Notes: generated by a model from the sequence alone, not told the origin. Counted from the first letter of the stretch, positions 44,839-55,308 are shown. The stretch: DNA of 64,000 nt from Candidatus Liptonbacteria bacterium (GCA_016867315.1 VGJV01000004.1:37431-101430), one strand, 5' to 3'. Numbers and translations are program-made.

Positions 44839-46024
44839 CCCAGATAGTACGTTTTGATTCAACACCAACTAAATCCAAAGCGTGCCGTAGGCACGACCAA
44901 GGATTTTCGCCAGGATTGAGAGCAGAATTTGTAAAATTCGGCGCGCTTGCGCGCAATGTTTTGTCGTGGAGGAGGAGGTTCGAGCCAAAGACTTTTTTGG
45001 CAGCAACCTTTTTATTTAAAAGGTTGCTATCCAATGCGATTTTTTCCATATCCTGAGCCTCGTTTATCCATTTTTGTATCGGTTCGAGCCATCGATTCTG
45101 TTTTTGTTGGACAGAAGATATTTCTTCTTCCAGCGACTTTTTCTCGGAAAGAAGTTTTGTTTTTTCAGCACGGTATATCTCTTTATCAATATCCTGTTCG
45201 AGATAGCCGTCTAAAAGTCGCTGGAGCTTCACAGTAATATCTTTTATCCTTTTTTGATTTTTTTCTACAAAAACAGAAGCAGATTGGGCAGATTCTTTTC
45301 TATCTCTGTCCAGTCGCATATTCAAGTAATCTGCCCAATCTTTCGGCATAGAAACTTTTTGAAGCATAGAGGAAATTTGTGCGTCTAATTGCTCCTCCCG
45401 AATACAGGGTTCTGGGCATTTTTGAGTTTTAGACTTTTTAGTGCAGTGATAATAAGTGTAGAAGTGCTGTATACCGTTAAGTTGGTTTTTTATCCTGTAT
45501 TCGCCAGTAATCATCATTCCACAGGAGGCGCAGGTCATCAGTCCGCAAAAAACTTGGGGTTCGTTTTTCTGCTTGTGGCGCGGACGACTTTTCTGCTTCA
45601 TAATTTTCTGCACTTTATCAAAAAGTTTCTTCGAAATAATCGGTTTGTAATTTCCTTCGTGGATTTCTCGTATTCTGCGCAGTTCCACGAGCTCAATGCA
45701 CTCTCCCATTATTCGGCTGACTGCTCTCGACGTGCTCGCTATTCGCTCAGGCTCTGAATTGACATAAGTGTCGATAAAAAGGCATTCGGCAGCTGACTCA
45801 AGTAAGTCCGGTTCAAATGCAGGTGCACACCACTCGTTCTCGCAGATGCGAAATAAAACTTCGCCACGCGAAAGCACATTAGCAAAACATGATATGTGAC
45901 AGGCCAAACGGAACGCAAGTCGGCCAAATCGGGACACACGGTGCTTAAATTGAGCAGATTGATATCCGAGCGCATCCTGAAGCAGTTGACTAAGTTCAGA
46001 TCTCTCACTCAGTCCTTCACACAT
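44795..46024 (-). pseudogene. large serine recombinase remnant lacking the catalytic resolvase domain
   Basis: C-terminal 300 aa align with the other two recombinases (zinc ribbon CGLMTCASCGMMITGEY...YYHCTKKSKTQKCPEPC, coiled coil, VFGSNLLL motif); N-terminal 110 aa unrelated and no catalytic Ser motif; last codons antisense to tRNA-Thr(GGT) (..EGRIELPTPFLP*). Confidence 0.7.
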
Positions 46025-46473
46025 CTCCGCGGGAAGTGACGGGTAAAATGCCTAAATGAACAGCCATATTCCATTGCAGCTAATATTTTGATGTGTGTAT
46101 CCGGGGTTTCAGATTTCCAGATTTCCCGCGTGGGTGTGCTGTGCTTGACATAAGATGTTTTCCATGAGAGACTTATGTTAGCATTTTGGCACCAAAATAC
46201 GGTTGGCCTCAATGGGGTATTCCTGTTTCTTAGTTTCGTCAGGAACACGCGTTTCTGAACAAGTGCTGAGCGGGCCCCTTATTCGACGTTCGAGCACCCC
46301 TGAAAGCTCATATTGCGTCACAAGGCCAGCTCGTGTCCCCGAACGTTGGCGTTGCAACTGTGGAGCTCGTTTGCGCAACACTCGTTGTCGATGTTTGGCT
46401 GACATCAGTTTCCCCGCAAAACGATCGGCTGCGGGGAAACACAGTGTCAACCAAAACACAAAAGGAGTAGACA

Positions 46474-46710
46474 ATGAAGCAAATGCCCGTGAATTTACAA
46501 GAGTCCCTTTTGGGGGATCACTTACTGGATCACTTACTTGCGTTCGTGATGAGTGATCAGGATGAATTTCCTGTTTCTGAGGAAGAATTCATTCGAAGTT
46601 TCGAGCGACTTATGCCACCGGAGAAAGTCTCGGCTCTCCGCTCGTCGGCTACGGACCTCGCACAACGAATCATGAAAGGCGAGGTGGAGAGCAAATATTC
46701 GTCGCGTTAG
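46474..46710 (+). CDS. hypothetical protein
   Basis: 78 aa ORF preceded by AAGGAG; acidic, no motif. Confidence 0.3.
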   Translation: MKQMPVNLQESLLGDHLLDHLLAFVMSDQDEFPVSEEEFIRSFERLMPPEKVSALRSSATDLAQRIMKGEVESKYSSR

Positions 46711-46877
46711 TTCAAGTAACACATTCTTGTGTCCCAAGTCCTTCATTAAGAGGGACTTTTAATTTTATTTCAACGGTTACCGCAGCTCAAAACGCTGGCA
46801 TGTAAACGCGAACAAGTTTTCTTCTTCCGAACAGCCAGATTTCTCGTATAAGATTTTAACGAAAAGCTTCCGGATTA

Positions 46878-47573
46878 ATGATTGAGGAAAACGGCACTGT
46901 GACCGACGAGGACAATCGGCGTTCAAGCATCGACGAGACCAACTTCCCGAAATTCGTAGAGACCTACGAGGTAAGTTTGGTCGGTTTTTTATGCTGGTTG
47001 GGTTTTTCTGAACAAGATGCTAAAGATTTGATGCAGGAAACGTTGATCAAAGCCTGGGTGAACCGTGGAAGTTATGATCCGTGTAAAGGACGATTGACCA
47101 CCTGGGTCTGGACAATTGCACGCAACGTAGCGATGTCCCAAAGAAAACGGCTCGGGCGCCGGTTGGAAGCGACGGCATGTTCTCTAGACGTCTTACTGGA
47201 GGAGGGCAGAGAAACCGAGTTAGATCAAGGGGGATCTGAACCACAGCTCGAAACTGATCATTCCGCTATTAAGCATGCGCTGCATGATTTTTCTAAGACA
47301 TTGACACCACTGCTGAAGGATCTCCTCGATATCAGGATTAAACTCTGGGAAAATGGAGATGCTAAAATAACGCAAGGAAAAGTCCGACGAGCTCTTGCGG
47401 AGAGACGTTGCGTCCCGGTCAGCGAAGTGCCTCTGAATCAAGTAAAGGGCGGACAGGAAAGGATTTCGCCGCATTCTCAATATCCAAGGGATTCTTTTCT
47501 TCCACCGTTGCTAATTTTATGCCGGAAAAACTCACACTCATTTCCGCGTATGAAAAAGGTCCGCTTGTGGTAG
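46878..47573 (+). CDS. ECF-type sigma-70 family RNA polymerase sigma factor (3' end uncertain)
   Basis: Region 2 DLMQETLIKAWVNRGSYDPCKGRLTTWVWTIARNVAMSQRKR; region-4-like LLKDLLDIRIKLWENGDAKITQGKVRRAL; ORF longer than typical ECF, overlaps next ORF. Confidence 0.5.
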   Translation: MIEENGTVTDEDNRRSSIDETNFPKFVETYEVSLVGFLCWLGFSEQDAKDLMQETLIKAWVNRGSYDPCKGRLTTWVWTIARNVAMSQRKRLGRRLEATACSLDVLLEEGRETELDQGGSEPQLETDHSAIKHALHDFSKTLTPLLKDLLDIRIKLWENGDAKITQGKVRRALAERRCVPVSEVPLNQVKGGQERISPHSQYPRDSFLPPLLILCRKNSHSFPRMKKVRLW

Positions 47574-48337
47574 GGCAATTTAATTACGCAGGTCGGTCGC
47601 TGGGAGTCATCACTTTTTTACGAGAGAAAGAGGGTATGCGAGTGGATTACCCTACTTATATGGCCTCGCTCAATGTAATGCTTAGCACTCAGATAAAAAC
47701 TATGGAAGAAGAGCTGGAAGTTTCGCGAGAAGAGGTATTCGAGACAATTGTGGAAGCCTCGCATCCTAATTCAAAAATAAAATCCGAGGCGTTGTGGATA
47801 CCGCTCTCAATGAGGCAAGATCTTCAACCCGCAGACAACATCCCGTTAGTGAACTATAAAGATGCCAAATACGGGTTCACAATACAATACCCAGTTGGGT
47901 GGGAAGTATTCAAAGAGAGTACGGATGATCTCTACTCAATATTTTTTATTGCGCCGGCTGTACAAACGGGTAATAAGCTGAGAGGGTCGGTAGTGGTAAA
48001 TGTGGCCATCTTGCAGTCTGTAGAGAGTAGCGCCGAAGCAGTGGGCCGTGGATTTGAGGGGCAGGTAGTAAATGATGCAAAAAATCTCGGGAATCAGTGG
48101 ATAATTAAGGAGAAAACCAAAATAGAATTCGCAGGGCTTCCCGCGTATCGCTTTGCCTCCACTAAATTGCGAACTTTTGATGAGGGAAAGACATATGTAC
48201 GGCAAGTTCAGGAAGATACTCTTTTCACGAGAAGTGGCTTAGTATACGACCTCGCATACAAGCATAACAGTGATAATTTTGAGAGCCTGAAGCCCTTAGG
48301 GGAGCGGGTGCTTAATACATTTGATTTTGGAAACTAA
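47519..48337 (+). CDS. hypothetical protein (start uncertain; ORF-track start 47408)
   Basis: Open frame overlapping sigma gene 3' end; ATG at 47519 (MPEKLTL) is first start clear of the sigma region-4 sequence. Confidence 0.35.
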   Translation: MPEKLTLISAYEKGPLVVGQFNYAGRSLGVITFLREKEGMRVDYPTYMASLNVMLSTQIKTMEEELEVSREEVFETIVEASHPNSKIKSEALWIPLSMRQDLQPADNIPLVNYKDAKYGFTIQYPVGWEVFKESTDDLYSIFFIAPAVQTGNKLRGSVVVNVAILQSVESSAEAVGRGFEGQVVNDAKNLGNQWIIKEKTKIEFAGLPAYRFASTKLRTFDEGKTYVRQVQEDTLFTRSGLVYDLAYKHNSDNFESLKPLGERVLNTFDFGN

Positions 48338-48356
48338 ATAACGTATAATTTTCGCC

Positions 48357-48527
48357 ATGGCTAAGGTAAAACGTTCAGATCATCTTATCGGCTTGCGCTG
48401 TACGACGTGCAAACGCCGGAATTACTATTCCCACCGAAATAGAAAGAAGGTGGAGCGAAAAATCGAACTCAAAAAGTTCTGCGAGTGGTGCCGCAAGCAT
48501 ACCGCTCACAAAGAGGTAAAAATCTAG
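48357..48527 (+). CDS. rpmG: 50S ribosomal protein L33 (zinc-ribbon type)
   Basis: 56-aa ORF MAKVKRSDHLIGLRCTTCKRRNYYSHRNRKKVERKIELKKFCEWCRKHTAHKEVKI; absent from ORF track because <60 aa. Confidence 0.8.
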   Translation: MAKVKRSDHLIGLRCTTCKRRNYYSHRNRKKVERKIELKKFCEWCRKHTAHKEVKI

Positions 48528-48534
48528 AACTGGG

Positions 48535-48957
48535 ATGGAAATCCCTCAGTTTGGAACAAAACAAGAGGGGATACCATACGTCGATCGCCCGAGTGCGTAC
48601 GCGCTTATCATGCGTGCAGACGGGCGCATTCCTGTGATAGAAGACGAAGGAAAATACTTTCTATTGGGTGGAGGATTGGAGGCGGGAGAATCGGAAGAAG
48701 AGGCGCTCCGCCGGGAAATATTCGAAGAAGCGGGAAGGGAAATGCTCTCATTTTCTTTTTTGGGAAAGGCGAACCAATATGTGGATGCTCCGGAGGGTCA
48801 TTTCAATAAGTTGGGAGTTTTTTATCGAGTGGAAATGCGTGATGAGAAAAAGATGGAACATGATCCCAGCTTTCAATGGATCACTATAGAAGAGTTTCGC
48901 GCGCATGCCGCACATGAAGCGCAGGTATGGGCAATCGAAAATCTTTTGAGGCGCTAA
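48535..48957 (+). CDS. NUDIX hydrolase
   Basis: Nudix box GGGLEAGESEEEALRREIFEEAG. Confidence 0.75.
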   Translation: MEIPQFGTKQEGIPYVDRPSAYALIMRADGRIPVIEDEGKYFLLGGGLEAGESEEEALRREIFEEAGREMLSFSFLGKANQYVDAPEGHFNKLGVFYRVEMRDEKKMEHDPSFQWITIEEFRAHAAHEAQVWAIENLLRR

Positions 48958-48997
48958 TTGGCATTTTTTGTGTAATTCAATAGAATCTTTGGAGTAG

Positions 48998-49068
48998 GGG
49001 GGTATCGTTCAGTGGCAGGACAGCGGTCTCCAAAACCGCTAACGTGGGTTCGATTCCTACTACCCCCG
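48998..49068 (+). tRNA. tRNA-Trp(CCA)
   Basis: GGGGGTA-TC-GTTCAGTGGCAGGAC-A-GCGGT-CTCCAAA-ACCGC-TAAC-GTGGGTTCGATTCCTAC-TACCCCC-G; anticodon CCA. Confidence 0.8.
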
Positions 49069-49308
49069 CATTAGATTTTGTTAACGCGTAAGCGTGTTAC
49101 AAAACCTTATGTCCTGCCATCGGCGGGGCAATGATAGGAATCGAACAAAGGGTGGGTCGGAGGGAAGGCCATCGGATTCCCTCCGTGTCGGAGAGCCGCC
49201 AGCAGCGGATATCGAGAACCGAGGGTTCTTGAAGCGCAGTCCTGAACGAATGTGAAGGACGAGTAGTGAGATCCCCTCGACTGCGAAGCAGTTACTACCC
49301 CGCCCCTA

Positions 49309-50208
49309 CTAAGAAGCGCACCTCGTAAATCGGATATCAAACGCTTCCGCTGCATCGTGGTGTTCCATAGTGACGTGTTTTAAAGCTTCGAGAATGGGAT
49401 AGCTCGCAGTTTTTTCTCCAAGAATTTCAGTGAGTATCGGCAAAGAAATTAAGCCTTCGCTTTTAAGTTCGCATTTGCCGGTCTTCACGAGTTCATTGCC
49501 TACTTTGTAATTCATGGAATGCGGACTATATCCGGTCGCAGCCAGATCTCCAAGGCCAGCGATGGAATACGCTACTGCTTTGGAATTCCCCATTTCTTCA
49601 AGAATAGAAACCATTTCTTGTACGGCCGCCGAAATAAACCAACCTTTTTTGTTGTTGTCCCACCCTAACCCGTTCGCGATTCCTAAACCCAAAGAATATA
49701 TATTCTTTAAAACTCCCGCGAGCGCCACGCTTTGAGGATCGGCGGAACATTCGGTGCGCAGAGAAGTGCCGCTCCAAAGTTCTTGAAGAGCCTCGCGAGC
49801 CTTTTTGTCTGCGGCAGCGGCTACCACGACGCCTCCTTTGCCCTGAGTAATTTCATCGGCGAGCATAGGTCCTCCCAAAAATGCAATCGCATTATCGGGA
49901 AACTGCTTTTGGAGAAACACATACGTGGTGTCTTGGATTTCGGGTAGAAGGCCTTTGGCCAAAGTGACAATAATAGTATTTTTTTGAATATGAGGAGCCG
50001 CGTGATCTATGGAAATCTGGAGCGCCCAAGAGGGGACACAGAAGAATAAAAAATCTGCCTGAGGCAGTATTTCTTTGAGGGTCTTTTGTTGAGGGGCTTT
50101 GTCAGGAAAAGCATCCCAAAGCTCGGCGTGGAGATTTTTTTCTCTGAGAGTAGAGTCCAGTGCGCTGCCAATTTTCCCTGCCCCAATTATAACCACGCGC
50201 GGTTGCAT
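49309..50208 (-). CDS. gpsA: NAD(P)H-dependent glycerol-3-phosphate dehydrogenase
   Basis: MQPRVVIIGAGKIGSAL Rossmann start (ATG 50208; ORF-track start 50325 is an upstream extension) and GpsA catalytic-domain layout. Confidence 0.85.
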   Translation of the reverse strand: MQPRVVIIGAGKIGSALDSTLREKNLHAELWDAFPDKAPQQKTLKEILPQADFLFFCVPSWALQISIDHAAPHIQKNTIIVTLAKGLLPEIQDTTYVFLQKQFPDNAIAFLGGPMLADEITQGKGGVVVAAAADKKAREALQELWSGTSLRTECSADPQSVALAGVLKNIYSLGLGIANGLGWDNNKKGWFISAAVQEMVSILEEMGNSKAVAYSIAGLGDLAATGYSPHSMNYKVGNELVKTGKCELKSEGLISLPILTEILGEKTASYPILEALKHVTMEHHDAAEAFDIRFTRCAS

Positions 50209-50369
50209 GCGGACAGTATACCCTAAAGAAGTTGACGAAAAAAGGGGAGTAGGGTAAGCTATCTGTGCATCCAAAGACCGTAGGCATCCCGGAAAAAAGG
50301 GAGTGAGACCTACCGAGGAAAGCATCCTTATAAACGGTCTTTGCGACGCGTTTATTTTTTTGTTAATAC

Positions 50370-50891
50370 ATGAAATCCAAAGCTCAAAAAGGAGAGGAAC
50401 TCAAAAAGGGCAAAAAGCTTCTTGAAGGAAGCAATGTGCTTGTATTTGCGGACTTCTCGGGAGTGACTACCGCAAATACCACGAAGCTTCGTAAAGTAAT
50501 GCGTGAGTCGGACGGGGAATTTTTAGTAATCAAAAAGCGGCTTTTGAATCTCCTCCTTAAAGAAAAGGGAGTATCTTTTAATATGCGTGAATTTGGCGGT
50601 CAGGTAGGTACTATTTTTTCCAAAGGAGATATCGAAAAGATTAGCGGGCCGGTATATAACTTTTTCTCGAAACTCGAAGTGCCCGAAGGAGGGGATAAGC
50701 AAATGTGGGTGAAAAAGATTTTAGGCGCATTCGATGTGAAGGCTGGCAAAGCAGTCGGAGCGGATCAAATTATGTTTATCGGTAAGCTCCCGCCCCGCGA
50801 AGTGCTCTTGGCACAGCTTTTGGGAATGCTCGCCGCCCCGTTACGTTCATTCATGTACTTGCTTCAAGAGAAATCTAAAAAGCAGGGGTAA
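50370..50891 (+). CDS. rplJ: 50S ribosomal protein L10
   Basis: 173 aa, directly upstream of rplL, L10 conserved N-terminal region. Confidence 0.85.
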   Translation: MKSKAQKGEELKKGKKLLEGSNVLVFADFSGVTTANTTKLRKVMRESDGEFLVIKKRLLNLLLKEKGVSFNMREFGGQVGTIFSKGDIEKISGPVYNFFSKLEVPEGGDKQMWVKKILGAFDVKAGKAVGADQIMFIGKLPPREVLLAQLLGMLAAPLRSFMYLLQEKSKKQG

Positions 50892-50921
50892 TGGAAAGGT
50901 CGTAAGTGCAATTACAAAACC

Positions 50922-51287
50922 ATGGAAAAATTTAACGATCTTATTTCGAAAATCGAAGCCCTCTCGGTAGTAGAACTTGCCGAGCTCGTAAAGGCGCTTG
51001 AGCAGAAGTTTGGTATCTCGGCCGCCGCGCCGGTGGCTGCGGGTGGAGGAGGAGCAGCTGCTGCCGCAGAAGAGAAAACCGCCTTTAACGTAGTCCTTAA
51101 ATCCGGTGGAGCGCAGAAGATCAACGTGATCAAAGTAATCCGCGAAGTAACAAGCTTGGGACTCAAAGAAGCGAAGGACTTGGTGGATGGTGCCCCGAAG
51201 ACGGTGAAGGAGGGAATAAAGAAAGAAGAAGCGGAAGAGATGAAGAAGAAACTTGAAGCCGCTGGAGCTCAAGTGGAAATTCAGTAA
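50922..51287 (+). CDS. rplL: 50S ribosomal protein L7/L12
   Basis: N-terminal dimerisation helix, Ala/Gly hinge [19 protein letters not shown]-terminal domain ...[20 protein letters not shown]... Confidence 0.9.
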   Translation: MEKFNDLISKIEALSVVELAELVKALEQKFGISAAAPVAAGGGGAAAAAEEKTAFNVVLKSGGAQKINVIKVIREVTSLGLKEAKDLVDGAPKTVKEGIKKEEAEEMKKKLEAAGAQVEIQ

Positions 51288-51314
51288 GCAGAAAATAGAA
51301 TAGTTTTGCAGAAT

Positions 51315-51337
51315 CCCGCCTCACTGGCGGGTTTTTG
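51315..51337 (+). terminator. rho-independent terminator after rplL
   Basis: CCCGCC-TCACT-GGCGGG followed by TTTTT. Confidence 0.6.
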
Positions 51338-51414
51338 CTCGTCTCTCACCTTATGAGAAAAGTGAGGGGTTTATGGAAAATAAACAGGGGGCCCGTGTTT
51401 GGTGCCTCCGATGT

Positions 51415-52482
51415 TTAGGTTGAAACTCGCATGTCAAAAACAGAATTTCTCTGAAGGAATTCGAAAAGCTGTTCTTTAGTCGGCAGTCCTGCCCAGGCTC
51501 CTCGCTTGAGACAGTTCAATGCCGCCACCGCGTTCGCTACGCGGAGCTTCTCTTCCAAATTCCATGCCTCATTAAATAGGGCGTAGATGAATCCCGTGCG
51601 GAACGCATCTCCTGCGCCTATTGTGTCGTATTCCCAGAGTTGATACGCTTCCGGCTTCGCCATCTCTTTCAAGTTGAACCCGGGTACGCGGATCGGTTGG
51701 CCGCAATCCAAAGCTAAAACGCCTCGTTCGCCGAGGGTCACGGCTATAAAAGAAAGATCGAAGTCCAGTGCAATTTGTTCAAGTGCTGTAAGCTCCCAAT
51801 CTTCTCTTCGTTTGCCTTTCTTCTCTGGACCTGGCCAAAGGGAAGTGAGCTCCCCGGCCAACTGCTCCGAAAGAATCGGAAAGTGGACGAGGGGAATGAG
51901 CTGGTCGAGATATCTATATTTCGTGTCAAAATCTGCAGTTACGATGACATCCGATTCGTTAGCCCATCGCGCCGCCTGGATAGCGGCCTGTGTATCACAA
52001 CCGTCAATGTGAAGGATCTTCCCGGAAGTAACTACAGCGCGGGATAGATCCGTGGGTTTGATGTGGAGCAATTCGTCATGCTCCCACAATACTGTTCGTT
52101 CTCCGGTGCGGCTATGCACCGTGATGATGGCGGATTGAGTCCTCGCGGTCTCTTGAATCATCAAGTTTTCGCAATTCACTCCTTCTTTTTCGAGAGCGGT
52201 GTGAAGTGTGATCCCTTGAGGATCTCCGCCGATTTTTCCGATATACAGCGCGGCTTTCCCCAGTCGTTGTACACCGACCATAGCAGTGGACACCTGTCCG
52301 CCAGATAATAACTGCGAGCCTCGGATTTCCGTTTTTTGCCCCCACCGTGGATGTTTGTCCAAAGTGAAGATCGTATCTACGGAATTGAGGCCAAGCCCTA
52401 TCACATCGAATCGCTTCGATGGAAGGGATGTAGGATTGATGTCAGCATTTCTCCTCCTTGTACTTCTTTGTGACATTAACAC
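51415..52482 (-). CDS. PfkB-family carbohydrate/nucleoside kinase
   Basis: GGQVSTAMVGVQRLG and DTIGAGDAFRTGFIYAL signatures. Confidence 0.7.
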   Translation of the reverse strand: MLMSQRSTRRRNADINPTSLPSKRFDVIGLGLNSVDTIFTLDKHPRWGQKTEIRGSQLLSGGQVSTAMVGVQRLGKAALYIGKIGGDPQGITLHTALEKEGVNCENLMIQETARTQSAIITVHSRTGERTVLWEHDELLHIKPTDLSRAVVTSGKILHIDGCDTQAAIQAARWANESDVIVTADFDTKYRYLDQLIPLVHFPILSEQLAGELTSLWPGPEKKGKRREDWELTALEQIALDFDLSFIAVTLGERGVLALDCGQPIRVPGFNLKEMAKPEAYQLWEYDTIGAGDAFRTGFIYALFNEAWNLEEKLRVANAVAALNCLKRGAWAGLPTKEQLFEFLQRNSVFDMRVST

Positions 52483-52821
52483 TCCTCGGCGATGGTTTCA
52501 GAGCTGTTTTTGGCTATCTCTCTTCTTCTTTTGTCAAACGCTGATACCAAGAAAGCGCAAAATGCTTTCCTGAAGCCATCTGAACTTTTTTTAACATTTC
52601 GAAACCTTCCTGCCAATATTGACGGATCAAAAATTATATGCAGAACAAATAAAAATTTCCCTTAAGAAAGTAAGCCAAACAACCTATGTGAATAGAGTGT
52701 GAACAAACTGTGCGAGATATAGTGCAGAATACTTAAAATAGTTCGAACACATTTCGCCGCCGCAGGCGGCGAGGAAAGCCCCCCGCGAAAAATCCGAATT
52801 GCGGCGGAGCCGCGCCGATAA

Positions 52822-52974
52822 AAACTGCCAAAGAACTTGACGAAAAACATCGGCTCGAACCATATTTTAGAAAACCGCCAGTTCCGTTTTGAGCCCAAGA
52901 ATCCGTACGATTTGGTGGCCGAGCGGCGCGAAACGCGCCGCGAGGCATTGACTTTTCCTGATTGGTGCGTCTTG
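52822..52974 (+). pseudogene. remnant of a serine-recombinase C-terminus ending inside tRNA-Val
   Basis: Translation ...LTKNIGSNHILENRQFRFEPKNPYDLVAERRETRREALTFPDWCVL* parallels the C-terminus of recombinase 37314..38870 (..LVSIGSNRRLAAGMLLAEFKNPWNFLAEMP..) and ends antisense in the tRNA like the three intact/partial copies. Confidence 0.45.
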
Positions 52975-53037
52975 TAGGGATCGAACCTACGACCTTCCCG
53001 ATGTGAACGGGACGCTCTGCCACTGAGCTAAAGACGC
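52966..53037 (-). tRNA. tRNA-Val(CAC)
   Basis: Minus strand GCGTCTT-TA-GCTCAGTGGCAGAGC-G-TCCCG-TTCACAT-CGGGA-AGGTC-GTAGGTTCGATCCCTAC-AAGACGC-A. Confidence 0.85.
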
Positions 53038-53221
53038 ATCTTATAATTGACGATAGTAAAACAAAAAGAATTCATAAGCAACCTCTTGCTGTCTCCGCAT
53101 AGGGAGAATACACTGATAATAATTGAAAGGTCGGAAAGTGATCCCGCCAAGGCGGGACTACTAACCGGGTCGAAAAGACCATGATTAGTTTTGTCTAATA
53201 AAAAATAAAAATAAATATCAA

Positions 53222-54370
53222 ATGAACAGTTCTTCCAGAATTGTGTTGGGAATTGTGATTATAGTAGCGGTGATAGCCGGAGTATTCGCATTTTCTCAGT
53301 CGCCAAGTACTTCTAATAATGTGCCCGCCACGAAAAACGAACCGATAAAGCTCGGATTCATCGGTCCTCTTACGGGGGATGGTGCTGCCTTGGGGCAAAA
53401 TGCGCGCGCAGCTACGGAGATTGCCGTGGCGGAAGTGAACGCCGCAGGTGGTATCAAAGGCAGGCCGCTCGAAGTTATTTATGAAGACGGAAAATGCACC
53501 GGGAAAGAGGCCTCGAATGCGGCAAATAAGCTTATCAATGCGGATAATGTCCCCGTGATTCTTGGTGGCTTATGTTCGGGGGAAACGAACTCGTTCGCAG
53601 CGGCAGCGGAGCAGGCAAAGCGTGTTGTGCTCTCGTTCTGCTCTTCCGCGCCTTCTATCACGCAGGCAGGGGATTATATTTTCCGCGATTATCCCTCGGA
53701 TCTTTTTCAGGGAAGTTTTGCCGCCAAGTACGTGTATGAGACTCTTGGTAAAAAGAAAGTGGGAATCGTGTACGTAAAAAGCGACTGGGGCAGCGGCATC
53801 AAGCAGGTATTCTCGGAGGAATTCTCAAAACTTGGGGGGAAAATTGTTGCCGAAGAGGGTTACGACCAGGCCGCGCGAGATCTTCGAACACAGCTCACAA
53901 AAATAAAAGCGGCAAAACCCGATTTGGTGTACTTCCTGGGATACACCGAAGGTTCGACAGTGGGTTTAAAGCAGGCGGCGGAATTGAAGCTCGGTGTGCC
54001 GATTTTGGGTGCAGACGGCTGGGATGATCCAAAACTCTTCGCAAATGCCGGCGCGGCTGCCGAAGGGGTGATGTATACCGTAGTCTCTGCTCCGCTCTCC
54101 GATGCGTTCAAAGCCAAAATGAAGGAAAAGACCGGGAGCGAAGAAGTGCTCGCGTGCAGCCCCGGAGCATATGACGGTGTAAAAATATTGGCCCAGATTC
54201 TCGCGAGCGTGGGTACCGACTCGACCGCTATCAAAGATGCGCTGTACCAGGTGAATTATGTGGGTGGAGTTTCCGCTGCGAGAGTAGCCTTCGATAAGAA
54301 CGGAGATCCTGTTGAAGCAAACTACGTGGTAAAAATAGTAAAAGACGGCAAAGCCACTGAAGTAAAGTAA
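53222..54370 (+). CDS. livK: branched-chain amino acid ABC transporter substrate-binding protein (LivJ/LivK family)
   Basis: Signal-anchor then type I periplasmic binding fold; IKLGFIGPLTGDGAALGQN and Liv-family layout; first gene of livKHMGF cluster. Confidence 0.8.
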   Translation: MNSSSRIVLGIVIIVAVIAGVFAFSQSPSTSNNVPATKNEPIKLGFIGPLTGDGAALGQNARAATEIAVAEVNAAGGIKGRPLEVIYEDGKCTGKEASNAANKLINADNVPVILGGLCSGETNSFAAAAEQAKRVVLSFCSSAPSITQAGDYIFRDYPSDLFQGSFAAKYVYETLGKKKVGIVYVKSDWGSGIKQVFSEEFSKLGGKIVAEEGYDQAARDLRTQLTKIKAAKPDLVYFLGYTEGSTVGLKQAAELKLGVPILGADGWDDPKLFANAGAAAEGVMYTVVSAPLSDAFKAKMKEKTGSEEVLACSPGAYDGVKILAQILASVGTDSTAIKDALYQVNYVGGVSAARVAFDKNGDPVEANYVVKIVKDGKATEVK

Positions 54371-54438
54371 GTCATATTTGCCGTAGCAGAAGCCCCGCGT
54401 AAGCGGGGTTTTTGTGTTCAAAAGGGAGAACCGCTACA

Positions 54439-55308
54439 ATGGAGAGAATGTTTTTTGCCCAGCTTGTGGCGAACAGCGTGATTGCGGGAGCGTTGTACAC
54501 TCTCATCACGCTTGGATTCAATCTCATATACGGAGCAACAAAGTTCACTAATATGGCGCATGGGGCAGTAGCTGCCATGGGGGCGTACGGGGTGTTTTTT
54601 GCGACGCGGGAAGGGTGGGGGTTGCCGCTCTCTATAGTCGCAGGGGTGCTGGTGGCCGGAATAGTCGGAGTAATTACCGACAGGCTCGTATTTTCTCCTT
54701 TGCGAAAGAAAAAAGCCCGAGCGTCGGTATTTGTGATAGCCTCTTTGGGAATCTTTGCGCTTCTTCAATCCATACTTTCGATAACATTTGGGGCTCAGTT
54801 TTGGCCGTTGCTTCCCCCCGGTACTGGCAGGGTTTTTGATATCGCGGGGGCTTCAGTGACGGAGGTGCAGCTTTGGATACTGGGAAGTGCGGTGGCGGCG
54901 AGTGGAATTTTGTTCATACTTTTAAAATTTACAATTTTTGGGAAGGTGATCCGCGCGCTTTCTGATGATGAAGAAGTAGCTAAGATGTTAGGAATAAACA
55001 CCGATCGGATGATCGGAGTGATATTTTTCTTGGGATCGATGCTCGCGGGGCTCGCCGGAATTCTTTCCGGTTTTGATACGGGAGTGCAGCCTACGATGGG
55101 GCTCTTCCTCCTGCTTGAGGGAGCAGTGTCTTCGATTGTAGGAGGAATAGGGAGTCTGGTGGGGGGCATCCTCGGAGCATTCCTCTTGGGCTTCGTGGAA
55201 AATTTTGGGATTTGGTTTATTGCGAGTCAATGGAAAGGGGCGATTGCCTTCGGCCTTCTTACTATCTTCCTCATCTTTCGTCCGCGGGGGATTATGGGAA
55301 AAGATTAA
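54439..55308 (+). CDS. livH: branched-chain amino acid ABC transporter permease LivH
   Basis: 8-TM permease with LivH-type conserved loops; ATG 54439 (ORF-track start 54412 upstream extension). Confidence 0.8.
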   Translation: MERMFFAQLVANSVIAGALYTLITLGFNLIYGATKFTNMAHGAVAAMGAYGVFFATREGWGLPLSIVAGVLVAGIVGVITDRLVFSPLRKKKARASVFVIASLGIFALLQSILSITFGAQFWPLLPPGTGRVFDIAGASVTEVQLWILGSAVAASGILFILLKFTIFGKVIRALSDDEEVAKMLGINTDRMIGVIFFLGSMLAGLAGILSGFDTGVQPTMGLFLLLEGAVSSIVGGIGSLVGGILGAFLLGFVENFGIWFIASQWKGAIAFGLLTIFLIFRPRGIMGKD

